Shown here one piece after another: positions 25,081 through 38,859 of a stretch of DNA of 64,000 nucleotides. The notes under the pieces were generated by a model, which searched no databases, had not been told where the DNA came from, and was given only the letters and a program-made list of their open reading frames with translations. Where the stretch lies: NCBI GenBank assembly GCA_963693365.1, contig CAVNZM010000015.1, positions 5,526,624 through 5,590,623 of the forward strand, given 5' to 3'. Source of the stretch: Amoebidium appalachense (Eukaryota > Protista > Ichthyosporea). Within the stretch, counting starts at the first letter, position 1; the number at the start of each line of letters is the position of its first letter. The position numbers and the translations under genes were made by a program.

Positions 25081-27021
25081 AAATAGGAATGCGTGCTATT
25101 TATAGGTGACCATTATGTGGATTGGTTGGATTTGCTTTTATGATACGGTTTGTGCGGTGCCTACACAAAATGAACGGTGGCTGATAGTGATTTTTTTGTC
25201 AGGAAATACGGATATCATACAAAAAGCATAAATTGATAAACGCAAATGGCCAAAAAAAAAAAAAAAAAAAAGGCAGGGTCGTGAGGCTGAAAGCCATCGT
25301 ATTGTAATGATGGCGATAGATTTACCGGGTAAAAATATGGCTGTTACTATCGAATATTAAAGTAATAGGGTTGCAGTGTATGCAGAAAGTTTTAGCAGGG
25401 TTGCAGTGTATGCAGAAAGTTTTAGCAATGTTATTGTATGTTGTCCAACGCCACATGGTATGGCATGTGCACGTGGGAGTGCCAGAATCCAGGAGAGGGA
25501 AATTTTTATCAAGCAATAAAGTCTGCTAAACATGTTCAAAATACGTACCCCCCCCCCCCCCCCCGCCCCTCTCCCCCCCCCCCCCCCCCCCCGCCCTTCG
25601 AGCTCGTGTGTTAGTGCACGTGCCCTGTGTGGTGTGCGGGTGCGCTTTTCAGTTTTTCGCTCTTGAAGTGTCACAGTGTGCATCCGGCACATCCCACCTA
25701 CAAATGTAAGGTACACGGTGTTTGTGTGGGTGTTGCACGAGGTGTGGGCATACAACACACTCTCACGGCCATGTGCACCTGCTACAATTCCGTCTCACAC
25801 TAATATTTCAGTAAATTTATGCAAGTTGATTATGTTTGCCTTATTTGTCTCCCCCCCGCCACCCCCCCGCCCCCCCCCCCCCCACTCATATTTGGCCCCC
25901 CCTCTCTCTCCCCCCCCCCCCCCCTCTTTTTTTTCGGTTCCGAACGCGTGTGCGTGTAGGATGATTGGAAAGGAGGGGGTGGTAGGGGGGGGGGGGGGGG
26001 GGGGGGGGGAGGGGAGAGGGGGAGAGGGGGGGGGGGGGGGGGGGATGGGGAGGACGAGGTCGATGTCATTTGGTACAAGGGAGGGCTTCCCAAACTGCTC
26101 CTGTATGCTTCTCTGTGTGCATGCGCACGCGCGCAACCCTCGTGTGCGTGTGTGCGTGTGTATTTATTTGCGTGTGCGCACGTGTGCGTGTCAGCGGCAT
26201 GTGTGCGTGTGTTGCCCGTGTACCGGGTACGTCAGCTACTGTCCATGTGTGTGTGTTTTATTGTTTGTTTGTTTTTTTGTTTGCGTGTATGTGTTTGAGT
26301 GTGCATGTGTGTGAGGTGTGTGTGTGGCGCAGACTCGCACGTGCAGCACGAGAGCGTGCGTCTCTCTGTGTCTCTCTCTCTGTCTCCCTCCCCACTCACC
26401 ACCTCTCTCTCTCCCCCTGCCTCCCTCCCCTCTCTCTCTCTCTCTCTGCGTGTGTGTGCGTGTGTGTGTGTGTTTTGTATGGGTCCTTTGCTCCTTAGGC
26501 GGTACTTCATGCACGTGTTCAGCTGAAACATAACAACACACAACTTTTAGTTTCGGAAGATTTGGGGTTAAATAATTTACGTGTGTCTGCGCGTGCGTAA
26601 GGTGAAAAAGGTGCTACTAGGCTGGGCTTAGTATGTTTGTATGTCTCCCTAAGGGAGTGGGGGGGGGGGGGGGGGGGGACACGGGGGAAGGGGGGGAGGG
26701 GGGCAGGGGGGCTTTGGTGCCTTTGACGGACCCTCATCGGCACCTGATTGAACAAAACCGTTCCGGTGATGTTAAATCAGGGGAGAACAACGGTTCGAGT
26801 ACCGAGCGACATAAAAGGATCACCAGGCTCCCATAGTGGGGCGTTGGGGGGGGAGGGGGGGGGGGGGGGGGGGGCAGCCCCCCTATTTACACACATGAGG
26901 TTATGTTTAGCAGTTTTTATTTTGTTGATATATCATCAAGTACGGTGTTTTATTAGCGGTTTATCTGAGCGATCTCCATATACCTAGGGGCTTCTGTCAT
27001 ACAGACCTATCTCACGGCGGG

Positions 27022-27068
<47 letters not shown>

Positions 27069-27845
27069 GGGGGGGGGGGAGGGGGGAGGGGGGGGGAGGG
27101 GGGGGGGGGGGAGGGGGGGAGGGGGGTTGGGGAAGGGGAGGGACTCCCCCCTCCCCCCCCTGCCCTCCCGGGTGGCACCCCAGAGGAGATGCTACTTCGT
27201 TCAGAGGATTGTTGTGTATGTAGAAGACTGCAAGCCTAAAGGCCTAAATATGACACAGATCCACATCCATCGGGCTATCTACTTTGATTGGATATACTAT
27301 TGAAACCTAGGCACTTCGGCCATGGGAAAGCCAATGCTCATATCACGGCAACATTTCATTATTGCAACTGGTGATATACATGACGGTGTTTTGAATGTGA
27401 CGTGCATAAAAAACTTACTCTTAGTGGTCAAGTAATACTTTTTATTACACTAGTGCTACGATACTTATGTTCTGTGGGGAGAAATGTGCTTGAATGCCCC
27501 CCTTCCCCCCCCCCCCCCCCCCCCTTTTCCATTCTCAAACTTACTTTTTGATTTTTTTATTATTGGGGGTTTATGTTAGTGCCATCTTGTTATTACTGCC
27601 CCCCCCCCCCCCCCCTCCCCCCCTCCCCCCCCTCCCCCCTCTTTTCCTTCCCTTTTTTGAAGGCATAACCATATCCGGCTATTCTCTGCCATGTTTTGGT
27701 AATGTTCATTGACTAATGGAGCATCTTACTCCGTGTAACATAACCACTCCTACCCCAGCAGCATCATGGGGGGGCATTATATCGTGATGAATTTTTCTAA
27801 CAGATCAAAGTGGAGATAGCTGTGGCATTCGTGGGGATACATTAG

Positions 27846-27907
27846 GGGATTTTTGAATTTGAAAAGGAGGGGGAATTGCTTCCGTTTTGGCCACTGATGC
27901 ATATCCC
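27846..27907 (+). repeat. Dispersed repeat; inverted copy at 35755-36196
   Basis: GGGATTTTTGAATTTGAAA (27846-64) and TCCGTTTTGGCCACTGATGCATATCCC (27881-907) recur as exact reverse complements at 36178-96 and 35755-81. Confidence 0.8.
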
Positions 27908-27979
27908 CCCCCCCCCCCCCCTGGCGCAAGTCACCTCCCCCTCCCCCCCCCCCCCCCCCCATACACACACACGCAGGGT

Positions 27980-28049
<70 letters not shown>

Positions 28050-28516
28050 AACACACACACACACACACTACACCCACCAACCCCCATCCCCCCCTCATCC
28101 TCCCCAACACACACACACATACGTACGCACACATTTCCCACTCCTTATTGCTGGTGCTCTTATTCTGCCGGATGCACACTCATCATGTGTTCTTTGCAAG
28201 GTCTGCTTTCAAATTGTGTTGCCCGTGGCAAATGTGCGCACGCCCTCTATGGTCCAAAACATTTTCGTTAAACGAACCTCCCCCCCACACCGGCCCCCCC
28301 CCAACCTCACTCACCTCCTCCCCCTCCCCCCTCCGCTCATCCTAGGTAGGCCTATACCATTTTCTAACGACCCCTCCCCCTCAACCCTCCCCTTCTCCCC
28401 CCCCCGGCCTCTCCTGTCTCACTCCCCCCACCCCTCCCCCCCCCCCCCCCCCCCCCTCACCCTGCTCGTTTACACAAGTAAATCATCGCAGCATGTGCAC
28501 ACACGCACATACACAC

Positions 28517-28556
<40 letters not shown>

Positions 28557-29629
28557 ACACACACACACCGTGCAACGGTCAACTATTTCTAAGTCAGTAT
28601 TGGGGGCAAAGTTCTCGTGCTAACCATTCAGTGTTCATGTGCATATCTGTGTGGCGGGAGTGTATGTGTGTGTGTACGTGGTGTGGGTATTACTAAGTAT
28701 TTTGCATGTTCATGTCGCCGACGGGTGCTCATTGCTGGTCAAAGTTTTGCACCTCACAGGCGTGTGTTGTACATGCGTGTGCAGGTACGTGTGAGTTGAA
28801 TAGGTGTGAAAGTGTGTGCTGGTGTGTGTGCACGGTGGAGCCACTAGGGCCGATCGCGAGTGCAAGAAGGGGGGGCGGGGAGGGAGGGGGGGGGGAGGGG
28901 GGGGGAGACAGGGGGCCCCGGGGCTGGCGTTTTAGGGGGGGGGGGGGGGGGGGGGGAGGTATATGACCTTACGACCTATAGCCTGAGTTTCAAGTGATCA
29001 AGAGACTCAGGGACTTCTTTAGTTAGCCTCTGTATGTAAGTTGCTGCTAAGTCATAGTACCATATAGATCAGGTTATCTGATATAGTCAAATGATGGCAG
29101 CCTATGGAATGGGTGGGTTCCCCCCCTAGGGGGGAGGGGGGGGGGGGGAGGGGACCACCTACTCAGGTGGGTGGCGCCCCCCCCCCCCCCCCCCCCCCCC
29201 TCCCCTTCCCTCCATTCCCCTTGCTAGCTGGATTGGTGGATGGGGAGGACCCACCAGTCCAAGCGAGTGGGTGGGCCCCTCCCCCCCCCCTCCCCCCCTC
29301 CCCCCCCCCCCTCCCCCCCCCCCCTTCTAAACTAGTTACTACCCCCGTCCCCGTTTCAAAATCAAGAATCCCCATAACATATCCGAGTGGGGAGGAGGGC
29401 GAGGGGCAGAGGGGCAGGCGGGCAAAAGGGGTGGGGGGGTGTGGGGGGGGGGGACTCGATCAAGGGGAACGATACTCAAGCCTGTTGATGCACAACGTAG
29501 GTGGCCTCAACCCCAAAACGTAGGTGGTGGTGGTGGTGGTGGTGGTGGTGGTGGTGCGCGCGTGTGCGTTCTTGTGCGTGCGTGTGTGTGTGTGTGTGTA
29601 TGTGTGTGTTTGTGTGTGCGTGCGTGTGA

Positions 29630-29674
<45 letters not shown>

Positions 29675-29695
29675 TTTGTGTGTGCGTGCGTGTGA

Positions 29696-29760
<65 letters not shown>

Positions 29761-29918
29761 GGCGTGCGTAAGTGCACGCCACGGTGTGTAATATGTGTAC
29801 TTGTGTTCGCGCGCGTGTCACATACTATGAGTGTGTGCGCTTGCATGCTTGCATATGTGTGTGTGCGTGCGCATTCGCGGCGGTCATGGTGTATGCACCG
29901 GAAGTTGTGAGTAAGTGA

Positions 29919-30001
<83 letters not shown>

Positions 30002-30010
30002 CGTGCGTGT

Positions 30011-30051
<41 letters not shown>

Positions 30052-30153
30052 TGCGTGCGTGTAGGCCGCGGAGTCGTAAAACCAAACAAAAAAAAAGGAG
30101 CTAACGTACTACTATGAACACGAACTTCGCTCTAATTAATATCCAAAAAGAAC

Positions 30154-30195
<42 letters not shown>

Positions 30196-30552
30196 CCTCC
30201 CCCCCTCCCCAGGGAGAAGCCAGAACAAAAAAAAAAAAAAAAAAAAAAAAAGACTCAAAAACGCAGAAAACAACTAGGAAAGCTACCGTACACTCATCAT
30301 GTGCGGTTTTTTGAGCGCAACCCCGCAACCCAGCTATCACATACTCTACTCACTATCATACTCCATCTGGGAACGCTACCATAGCATATATGTTCCTTCT
30401 GAAGCTGTGGTACATGCCTTCACCATCATCACACGTCATAATACTACTGAATGCATCATCCAGCCAATTCTGCGCAGTGTTCAATAAAGTAGCAACAAGG
30501 CTAAGTGTCACTGAGGTGCAGTGATACAGCTGCTCGCCTATTCTGCCCCCTC

Positions 30553-30587
<35 letters not shown>

Positions 30588-30754
30588 ATCAATCCACCCC
30601 CTCATTACCTTTCCCCCTCCTCCCCCCCACCTTTCCTGTTCCTCCCCCCCCCCCCACACACACACACACACACAAAAAAAAGTACCTCAAACCCCCCCAT
30701 AGAGAAGGTCGCCTTGGTAAAAAGGATGTTGGTCATCCCCCCCCGTGTGTGTGT

Positions 30755-30804
<50 letters not shown>

Positions 30805-32115
30805 GAAGAATCATTCAGCCCAGGAACCTCAAGGCTCTTGTTTTAGCTTACTGGACCGTTACTGTTGCTGGGTGTCTCCCATTGTAATCACATGCCACTT
30901 GGCCTGGCCTTCCACACCCACCTTCGTAATTGTGTTTCAGGTAGCAACAAGTAATCCTCACGGCTGACACGAAGCCTTATATAGTTTATATATTTTGCGT
31001 AACAGAATACATTCCGCCACTTTCGATGAAGCTTACAACGTTGTTGGTGGTTGGGAATAAGAAGAACAGAAACAAAAATGCCCGGCCACATGTTGCTGCA
31101 CAGAAAATGACTGAAGGACCGTGCGGCCTAGATTTGTTCTATAACTTAGTCGTCTGGTTTGCTTCGAATTCTGTCTCTCTTTTCAGTATTTTTTAAGTCA
31201 GTGCAGTTGACTCTCCTCTTAGTGCGTACGTTTATTTCCGTTTCATGTTTTCTGCCTAATGGAACCCCCTTCCACACGCTTCCGCAATGTCTTTTTTCTA
31301 ATTACCCATTTTGATTCCTGCACCGTCTTTATTTTTGGTACCCATAAGTTTGAACACTTTTTTCAGGCTGATGCCACCCCATTCTTCCTGCCGGACCTTT
31401 GCACAGTATGCCAGATCATAATTCCATGAAAACATTCTGCCCTCCAATCCGTTTCCTCTGGATCACCACGGAAATCTCCTTGCCAACAGTTTTCAAGGCT
31501 TCCGTTGCTCATGGCTGGCTTTTTTTTATTCCCATTCTCCATTTTCTAGTTAGCAAGCCGATGCGTCTGTGTCGGTTTTCTCCTTTTCCGCGCCATACTC
31601 TGTACCGTGTCATACGTGAAAAAACAAAAATATATGTTTGAAGCATGTCTGGGATTGTTGCGGTATGCATGCGTGCACATGTATATGTGGGAACGGGGTA
31701 TGCCTGCAGGTCACAGTATGCATGAATCAAGCTGAATCACTAGGGACCTTTGGATGATTGTTCATGTACGTGTGCAAGTGCAGTGTGCCAATGTGTATGC
31801 AATGCATGCTTCATGGCTAGTAAGGGTGCTCAGGTTGAATGGGCTTGTGCAGCGCAACACGCGAGAAGTTGAGGGTTGTTTATTTTCTGCATCACAGATG
31901 CATTTCACTGGATTTATTCTGAGGCGTGTCGAAAGACACGACCACACACTAAATTCGTCACTTCATCATCCACTAACTTCATCACTTCATCATTCACACC
32001 ATATTAATACTTTAAACCATCATCATATGCGTTCATACAAATACAGCTTCGTCATCAAGGAATATACATACACAATACATTCACTTTTCTGAAAGTCTCA
32101 TTGCCCAACATTCAT

Positions 32116-32718
32116 TCAGTTGCATCCATTGACAGTGTCAACTGGTGCGATCCAGAGCACATACTGCCCAGCGTCGACACCCTCTACATGGAACACGATG
32201 CTCTCGCTCTTCTTCAGCTCCACACAGTGGCTAACGGCCGTAAGCACGTGGCCCTCACCAGACACGTGCTTGAACGACGCAACAGGCTGCGAGAGACGTG
32301 CGCGTGTTCCAGACATCTTGTTGATAACAATAGTAGAACCGGCGGGGCCGCGGAAAAATGCCTTCACTTTTGCGTGTGTGGCCTGTGTGCCCTCCTTTGC
32401 AATGTTCACGAGTTGGCCAGAGGCCCCGCGTACAGCAGAGATGTCGATTTCATCGACCTTGCCTGTGAACTGGTGGCAACGGCCCATACAGTCGGTGGGT
32501 TGGTAGTCGAACGACGTTGGGGGGAAGGAGGGAAGGCGCCCAAGCATGCGCATGAGCTCGTTTGAGACTGTGTGTGGGCTGACTGTCACTGTCTGTGTGC
32601 CTTCGCGTATCGACGCTGCGACAACAGGTGTGTGCCTTATGTTTTGTTGTGCGTGTGGCATTGTGGTGGGGAGGGAAAAGGCTACCCCAGCCAAGCACAG
32701 AGTGATTATGTGGTTCAT
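32116..32718 (-). CDS. Intronless 200-aa putative secreted protein, unknown family
   Basis: Non-repetitive ORF with an N-terminal hydrophobic signal-like segment (MNHIITLCLAGVAFS-LP) and TATAAA on the minus strand ~60 nt upstream (~32778-32783). Confidence 0.75.
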   Translation of the reverse strand: MNHIITLCLAGVAFSLPTTMPHAQQNIRHTPVVAASIREGTQTVTVSPHTVSNELMRMLGRLPSFPPTSFDYQPTDCMGRCHQFTGKVDEIDISAVRGASGQLVNIAKEGTQATHAKVKAFFRGPAGSTIVINKMSGTRARLSQPVASFKHVSGEGHVLTAVSHCVELKKSESIVFHVEGVDAGQYVLWIAPVDTVNGCN

Positions 32719-33299
32719 GGTGGCTACTGAACAGTTTTCGAATAGGCGATGACGACTCGTCTGTGTGGTTATTGCGCTTTATACCCCCCAGGCCCCCAGG
32801 CTTGTGTGAATTCCGCGAGAGTTGTGCGAATTAAATAGAAGGCACGCCGCACGTGCATGCGCAATATGCGCGTGCAGTCATGCGTGCAGCATGTCCAACG
32901 CTACAGTACCAATTCCGTAAGCAAAAATAAAAATCAAAACCACTAATGACATTTCATATATCCAAGAAACCTATGCAGAGTTAAACAGCAATGAAACGCG
33001 CGGTCACGCGCAACATGCATATGTGCTGACCGCACAGTGTCTATGATTAGGAGCATAGAGCAATGACAACATATGGGAAGTTTTGCCCTCCTCCAAGATT
33101 GATTACGGTCGTGGCATGTAACTGTCGGCCCTAAGACCTGTCTTTTGCGCGCTGTCTAGAACTCGCTCAGGGAAGCAATACTTGGCAAAAAACATAATTC
33201 GCTAAAATATATCACATATATCACTAACAAAGTTCGTAGGTTTAGCAGGTTGTGCATGTGCAAATCACGCGTGCATTTCTATCGAATATGCTGTTTTAG

Positions 33300-33475
33300 T
33301 TGATTGGCTAAAGATATCAGTTTTGCTCGTTTTATCTCCTTTCTGTTTTATGATTGGCTAATTCTATCTAGCCCGCCTGAGTGTAACTTTGTAAGCCATT
33401 AGGATGTAATCTGAGTTCTGATTGGTCAAACAAATTGACAAATGACAACTCACTTCCGTATAACGGCTCATTCGA
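33300..33475 (+). promoter_or_regulatory. CCAAT-box cluster with Inr-like motif; target transcript unclear
   Basis: TGATTGG x3 (33301, 33351, 33419), CACTTCCG at 33451, GGCTCATT at ~33465 (compare GGCTCAGT at the p62 promoter and GGCTCATC at ~48645). Confidence 0.45.
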
Positions 33476-33505
33476 CAACAAGATTCTTGGCGCCTTGGGT
33501 TAAAT

Positions 33506-33530
33506 CACGGCCCTCTGAAAGAGGGCCGTG
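33506..33530. mobile_element. 25-bp palindromic insertion with direct-repeat flanks
   Basis: CACGGCCCTCT-gaa-AGAGGGCCGTG flanked by GTTAAAT (33499-505 and 33531-37). Confidence 0.5.
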
Positions 33531-33840
33531 GTTAAATGGGCACTCAGCTGGGTAACGTTCGTGATCATCGCCGTTTCCATGACTGCATGAACATACAATG
33601 CACGTGGGAGCAGCGTGGACACGCAATCAGTGTGTCTTGCCAAGTACGTGCAACAGCCCACATGAATGGCAAACAGTTATATGCTTGTGGGAGACACACA
33701 CTCAGTGACGCTGATTTTGTATTCTTTCACCTTGTATGTACTGATGTAGGAAGCCAAGAAAATCCAAACTGCTTTGATCTGCCAGAAGCTTTTTTTTTAT
33801 CGAAGTAACTGTGTCCACCCCAGGAGGTCAAAGCCTTGCC

Positions 33841-33883
<43 letters not shown>

Positions 33884-33884
<1 letters not shown>

Positions 33885-34402
33885 AGCCTCGGTAGACTCT
33901 AGAATCTTAATTTTTTTCAAAAAATCTAGACGCTAGAATCTTATTATCTTAATTGTGAACCACCCCTGTAATGGTACTATTATCACTGCGGTTTACATAC
34001 AGTCTGTCAATGCCAAAACACAAACATTGAGGCTCACTTCGGAAGTCCTTGATCACCTGAAACTCAGGCTATATGCTGTACGGTCATATGCTCGGGGGCC
34101 TTCCCCCCCCTCTCCCCCCCCCCCTCCCCCCCCCCCCCCCCCCCCTTTCCCCCGGGCCCTTGTCGCCCCCCCTCCCCCTCCTCCCCCCCAGGCCCCTGTC
34201 CCCCCCCCCCCCCCCCCCCCCCCCCGCCCCCCCTCTTCCACTCGTCTCCAGCGGCCCCACCGCGTGCGAACACACACGCACACCCTTTCACACGTGTTTG
34301 ATTAACACATCATGGGTCATTCAGCATTAAGATAATTCACATCAAGATAAGTAGTACTTGATTTTTTGAAAAAAATTAAGATTCTAGGGGCTACCGAGGC
34401 TG
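33884..34402. mobile_element. MITE-like element with ~70-bp imperfect terminal inverted repeats
   Basis: CAGCCTCGGTAGACTCTAGAATCTTAATTTTTTTCAAAAAATC... versus ...GATTTTTTGAAAAAAATTAAGATTCTAGGGGCTACCGAGGCTG; no clear TSD. Confidence 0.75.
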
Positions 34403-34659
34403 AGGGGAAAATAAGATAACGGGGGGGACGATTCGGAGGGGGCACTGTGGCTTCCCTACTTATTCTAGCATTATTATTACTAAGGATCAGGTGCACAAGA
34501 AAAGCCCTTATGTGCAGCAGATGAATATTTTTCTGATTAGCTTGAAGTCCTCCGCCGCCCGGGAAGCTTTTGCTTTGCCAAGTACCGATCTACAGACCGA
34601 AAAAGCCAATGTTTGTGTGCTTGTCAGACTATGTGCCACGGTGTCTGTTGTATGTGTGT

Positions 34660-34695
<36 letters not shown>

Positions 34696-34713
34696 GAGGG
34701 GGGGTGTCCTGTC

Positions 34714-34800
<87 letters not shown>

Positions 34801-35097
34801 ATCACAACGTGTTTGTGTGTGTGTGGCTCTGTGTCAGGGTGCACGTGGTGTGTGTGTGTGTTCCCCCCCACCCCCCTCCTCCCCTCCCCCCACCCCTCTC
34901 TACCCTCCTTCCTGGGCTACTTAACTTTTTTTTTTTTTTTTTTTTTTTTTTTGGGGGGGGGGGGGGGGAGGGGTTGTTCAACGGTGCGAAAATGTGTGCA
35001 TGAGGACTGTCTGTGTGTACATTTGGATTTTGTGGCGTTGGAACCTCCGCAGCCCAGAATAAGGACGCACAGGGCTCTAGGGGAGGGGGGAGGGCTC

Positions 35098-35134
<37 letters not shown>

Positions 35135-35255
35135 ATAAGATAATGAACCCTACGGCCGAAAACAATAACAAAAACAATACAAGAAGGCAAAACAGTGTGT
35201 TCGTGCTGCTCTGCATGGTGGAAAAGAAAGAAAGAAGAGCAGTGTGTTTGTGCTG

Positions 35256-35533
35256 TTCGGTATGGTAGAGGACACTAGAGCAAGGTGTTGGTGCTGCTCG
35301 GCATGGTAGAAAACGAGAGCAGGGTGTTGGTGCTGCTCGGCATGGTAGAAAACTAGAGCAGGGTGTTGGTGCTGCTCGGCATGGTAGAAAACTAGAGCAG
35401 CGTGTTGGTGCTGCTCGGCATGGTAGAAAACTATAGCAGGGTGTTGGTGCTGCTCGGCATGGTAGAGGACACTAGAGCAGAGTGTTGGTGCTGCTCGGCA
35501 GGGTAGAAAACCAGAGCAGGGTGTTGGTGCTGC
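35256..35533. repeat. Minisatellite, ~39-bp unit x ~7
   Basis: Unit CTAGAGCAGGGTGTTGGTGCTGCTCGGCATGGTAGAAAA. Confidence 0.95.
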
Positions 35534-36076
35534 AACCGGGGTGGGAAGTGTGTGTGTGTGTGTACATGTGTGTGTGTGTGTGGGTGTGTGTGGGTGTTTG
35601 TGGGTATTTGTGTGCTTGTGTGGAGTGTGTGTGTGTGTGTGTGCGTGCGTGTGTGTGTGAATGTGTGTGTTTGTGTGTGTGTGTGAATGTGTGTGTTTGT
35701 GTGTGTGTGGGGGGGGGGGGGGGGGGGGGGGGGGGGGAGGGGGGCGGGAAGGGCGGGATATGCATCAGTGGCCAAAACGGAGGAGCCTCCGAAAGAGAAG
35801 GGAAAGAAAAAAGAAAGAAGGAAAAAAAAAGTAACGAATATAACCTTTGGTGCGTGGGAAAGAGACTGCCGGGGCCATAATCACGTGCATGCCGCAGGGG
35901 GGGGATCCGGAATGGGGGGGGGGGGGGGGGGGGTGAGAAGGGCCATCATCCCCCTCGGCTAGGTGGGTCCCTCCCCCCCCCCTGGGGGGGGGTTGACCCT
36001 CTTAGTGCGGCTACCTTGGGGAGGGAGGGGGGGGGGGGGGGGGGGACCCACCCACCACCCGAAGGAAGTGGGTCCC

Positions 36077-36111
<35 letters not shown>

Positions 36112-36372
36112 AGAGGGGGGAGGGGGGTACCACCTGGTCCATGGGGATCGGATATTTACTACTCCCGGGCCCTCCCATTTCAAATTCAAAAATCCCTTAG
36201 GTGCTCTGCCGCAGGCTGTGTGTGTGTGACAGTTACGACATGACATTTGTCCCAGGCACGCCACGCCGTGCGCCGTGAGACAGTGAGTAGCTAGCGCTGC
36301 TGTGACTGAATGAGTAAGTGTGTGTGTGTGTGTGTGCGTCAGACGTGTGTGTGTGTATGTGTGAGTGAGTGA

Positions 36373-36471
<99 letters not shown>

Positions 36472-38859
36472 AGTGTGTGACGTGTGTCTGACAGGTGTGT
36501 GTGTACAGTGTGGGCATGTGTGTGTCACAACCACGGCGTGTATGTGTGTGTGTGCGTGTGTGTGACATGGTGTGTTGCCAAGTTGTGCGGACGTGTGTGT
36601 CAATAGTACTACTAGTCACTGCGTGTACACGACGTATCTGCACGTCGAGTGTTTTGTGTGTGCCACACGTACGCGTGTTTGTGTGTGTACACATGTGTGC
36701 ACGTGTCACCGTGACGGTGTCACACGGTGATGCGTATCATACGGTGCGGCATGTGGCTTGCCATGCATGACATGTTGTGGGCCCCATTGGCAAGTTCGAC
36801 CTCTGCCAGTGGGGGCGAGGGGGGGGGGGGGGGGGGGGGGGGGGGAGGAGGGTCACAGTGGTTAGGCTGTCGACGTCAGGCCGCCAGTCACGAGGGGCCA
36901 GCCTAGTAGTACGCCAGCGGGGCGCCTCAGGCTGGTTCGGTGCTGAGCTTAGTGAGTAGCTGCCAAGTAAAACGCCAAGCCCTGCAATAGCCTGACCAAT
37001 CATTCGTGGCCATCATGGGTGCACGTGGGCCCCTAGCTATAGAATTCTAAAATTAGCACGGCCCTCTCCAGCCTGCCTGTCGGACCAACTTGAACATGGC
37101 ATGCAGGGTTTTGCCCTGAGCCGCAACGGCGGCAAGGCTAGCGCTAGCGCTGAGGTCATGAGGCTTGTGCACTGTGCACAGCACCACTGACGGTCATAGG
37201 GGATTCGTCAACCTTACGTAACTTGGGCAACCATCTGACAGCGGGCAGTCGCTGATTCATGAGTGATGGGAGACCTAATTATCTACGCCTCCGTAATACG
37301 TTTAAAATTTGTTTGGGGGAAAAAATTGGGAAAGGGGGGTGAGGAGAGTGGGGCACATATGTATATGTACCTGCTGTTCTCTGAGACTCCCGTGCACGTC
37401 ACCGTACTATACCCACCATATGTAGACCTGCAGTTGCAAGCACAGCAGGGCCCGCAGGCACTGGCAATTGTAAGTTGCAGCCAAATGCAGCCCACGGTGC
37501 AAACAAATGTGATCTGGGCCGCGGATGGCATGACTTTTTCGCGAAATCGTTGGCAAGCGATAAAACTAACTAATTCTATTTACACAAGTATGTTAGAAGC
37601 ATGCCATTATAATAAAAAAGGTGCCACGAGATCTCATATCTTCCGCATCACAAAATGAATGCACGTGTATTAACAAATAGAGTTGGTTCATAGAATGCAT
37701 ACGAATATATAAAACATATTTCTAATAGTATTTTCGCTCCTTGTTTTTTTTTTTTTGGTGGGAGGTGGGGCAGCATTTCTAGGTGATATCGGTAGCGTAC
37801 AAACATACACGTTTATGCTTGATAGTCGTCATAAATGCTTTCTATGTGGTGGAATGTGGGCCTGGGAGTCTGAGAGGGCACCCGCACGTGCACGTAGTAA
37901 GATGTTTTGTTTCAACAAACTAAATTTTTTGAAAACAGCAAATAAAACAATTACTTAAAAATTGTATGAAGTTAATTTTGAGGGAGCATATGCGTATTTT
38001 TTCCGTTTATGTGCATGGAAGAACGGTTCGATATCAAGCTGACATCAGCTGTCGCGGACCCACGTGGAGAAAAGGAATGCGCTACCGCATGCCACTGTCG
38101 GAAAATGATAGCGTGCACCAATCAGTGTAAAATCTTAGGTGATACTCCATTGGCTCGAGCATCTACATCGGTATGTGTTTTTCGCGTTATTACGTCGTTT
38201 GATTGGATGCGCATAAACTTAGCAATTTAGCTGCAGTCACCTGCAACCCGTAACGTGCGCGTTGCAGCGCAGAACAGAATTCTATTTTGACTTCTAAATA
38301 TTGCAATAATTGCCACATATACCTAACAATACCGTATATCTAGTATTGCTAAGAGAGTAAGAGTCACCAGCTTCACCTTCATGTTTTTGTGTTTTGGCAG
38401 TCATTATACATTCTTCATGTGCTACAATAATAACATGACCGTCACAGTGTCACACAGGTCGTCCATCTTGGAGTGGACAACGCGGCACATGCTACAACAA
38501 GGGGGATGTTGGAATGTGCGCCATGTGAGCCACCGGCCAAATCTAAACGCGTATTCATAGGTCGATCACAGCACCTGCAAAGAGTACGTGCTAACTGCGG
38601 TGAGGCTCTGCAGTTTGCCAACGGTCTGTCTTTTCTCGTAGCCAAAAGTTTGACTTTTATGCTCTGTTTCCACGTGAGGTCAAACAGGTGTAGTTGCACG
38701 CAGACACAGGCAGATATATAGAGTACACAGTCACTAAGTCTTTCAGGCACATACTCCGTCCTTGTAGCGCCATGCACCAACAGTGGTTGCTTGCATGCTC
38801 TGAGCTACCCACACACCCTACGTGCCACTGTGCTACCTTGTGCCTGTGCATTGACACAG

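Noticed and set aside
29460-29523. LLMHNVGGL resembling the start of a LINE APE endonuclease
   Set aside because: Only a few residues match, followed by a stop codon and microsatellite.
26700-31650. Possible additional gene(s), e.g. minus-strand segments 30356-30470 and 30922-31091
   Set aside because: No consistent exon chain or recognisable motif.
33506-33530. Histone 3' stem-loop
   Set aside because: The stem is 11 bp with a 3-nt loop rather than 6 bp/4 nt, and there is no histone CDS nearby.
35256-35533. CRISPR-like array
   Set aside because: Units are contiguous with no unique spacers, in a eukaryotic context. It is a minisatellite; the same applies to 43652-43748 and 4891-5450.
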